A stretch of DNA of 32,000 bases from Halioglobus sp. (lineage in GTDB: Bacteria; Pseudomonadota; Gammaproteobacteria; Pseudomonadales; Halieaceae), in assembly GCA_039980455.1 (NCBI GenBank), contig JBDXCG010000004.1, forward strand, positions 431,335 to 463,334. The letters are read 5' to 3'. Under the pieces are notes generated by a model. That model was not told where the DNA came from. It worked only from the letters and a program-made list of their open reading frames with translations, and ran no database searches. Position numbers and translations under genes: made by a program. Shown here in pieces: positions 31,443-32,000 of the stretch. Numbering within the stretch: the stretch's first letter is position 1; every line of letters starts with the position of its first letter.

Positions 31443-32000
31443 ATGAGTAGCAACCCCGCCGGATCCCGCTGGACGCCACTGATCATTCTAATTCTGGTGG
31501 CAGCGCTTGTGACCGTGATTGGACTGTGGGCAACTGATAAGGCCGGCGAGCACGTTAGTGGGCAAGGCTCCGAAGCCGCCATCGCAACTAATCAGCAGCG
31601 CTTTGAGTGGAAAATCGTGACAACCTGGCCCAAAAATCTTCCCGGTTTGGGTAGTGGCCCGGAAAACTTTGCCAAGTACATCAACGAGATGAGCGGCGGC
31701 AGACTCACAGCGCGAGTTTACGGCGCTGGCGAGATCGTGCCGGCATTTGAAGTCTTCGATGCTGTCTCTCAAGGTGTTGCCGACGCGGGTCATGGTGCGT
31801 CCTACTACTGGAAAGGCAAAATTCCGGCGTCAGTTTTCTTCACTGCAATACCGTTTGGTATGACGGCACAAGAAATGAACGCCTGGTTTCACTATGGAGG
31901 CGGCCTGGAAGTGTGGGCCGAAGCGTATGCCCCATCTAATGTGGTGCCATTGTCCGGTGGTAGTTCAGGTGTACAGATGGCCGGTTGGTTTAATCGTGAG
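31443..32000 (+). CDS. TRAP-type transporter solute-binding protein (DctP-like), 5' 186 codons; continues beyond the window
   Basis: It is not in the ORF track because it is open-ended. Hand translation gives MSSNPAGSRWTPLIILILVAALVTVIGLWATDK...FEWKIVTTWPKNLPGLGSGPENFAKYINEMSGGRLTARVYGAGEIVPAFEVFDAVSQGVADAGHGASYYWKGKIP, a pattern typical of TRAP periplasmic components. Confidence 0.75.
   Translation, partial: MSSNPAGSRWTPLIILILVAALVTVIGLWATDKAGEHVSGQGSEAAIATNQQRFEWKIVTTWPKNLPGLGSGPENFAKYINEMSGGRLTARVYGAGEIVPAFEVFDAVSQGVADAGHGASYYWKGKIPASVFFTAIPFGMTAQEMNAWFHYGGGLEVWAEAYAPSNVVPLSGGSSGVQMAGWFNRE

Overview
This 32-kb window is the replication-origin-proximal core of a gammaproteobacterial chromosome, with Pseudomonas/Vibrio-like synteny and intermediate GC by eye. 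On the minus strand at the left are gyrB (first 646 codons, running off the window edge), recF, dnaN and dnaA. On the plus strand to the right are rpmH-rnpA-yidD-yidC-mnmE, a 546-bp non-coding spacer, mnmG-rsmG-parA-parB, and a complete atpIBEFHAGDC operon with a near-consensus promoter and a clean intrinsic terminator. These are followed by a divergently oriented TrmB-family regulator, glmU-glmS, and three poorly characterised envelope genes: a Cys-rich secreted protein, a small periplasmic protein and a hyper-acidic bitopic SPOR-domain protein. The window ends with uvrD and the 5' end of a TRAP-type solute-binding protein. Three genes missing from the supplied ORF track were recovered by hand: gyrB and the TRAP gene (both open-ended) and rpmH (44 aa). 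Several track ORFs carry spurious N-terminal extensions and were trimmed: yidD, yidC, atpB, atpH, atpD, glmU, glmS and the small periplasmic protein. I found no tRNA, rRNA, CRISPR array, transposase, integrase or recognisable defence or toxin genes, and I see no convincing novel multi-gene system. The points worth follow-up are these. (1) There are two competing oriC candidates, and the mnmE-mnmG spacer looks better than the dnaA-rpmH spacer. (2) Two perfect parS palindromes are embedded in recF coding sequence. (3) A TrmB-like regulator is inserted between atpC and glmU, and TGTCA-N9-TGACA occurs twice in the divergent spacer, suggesting an undescribed control of glmUS. (4) The small, probably variable segment between glmS (attTn7-equivalent, unoccupied) and uvrD.
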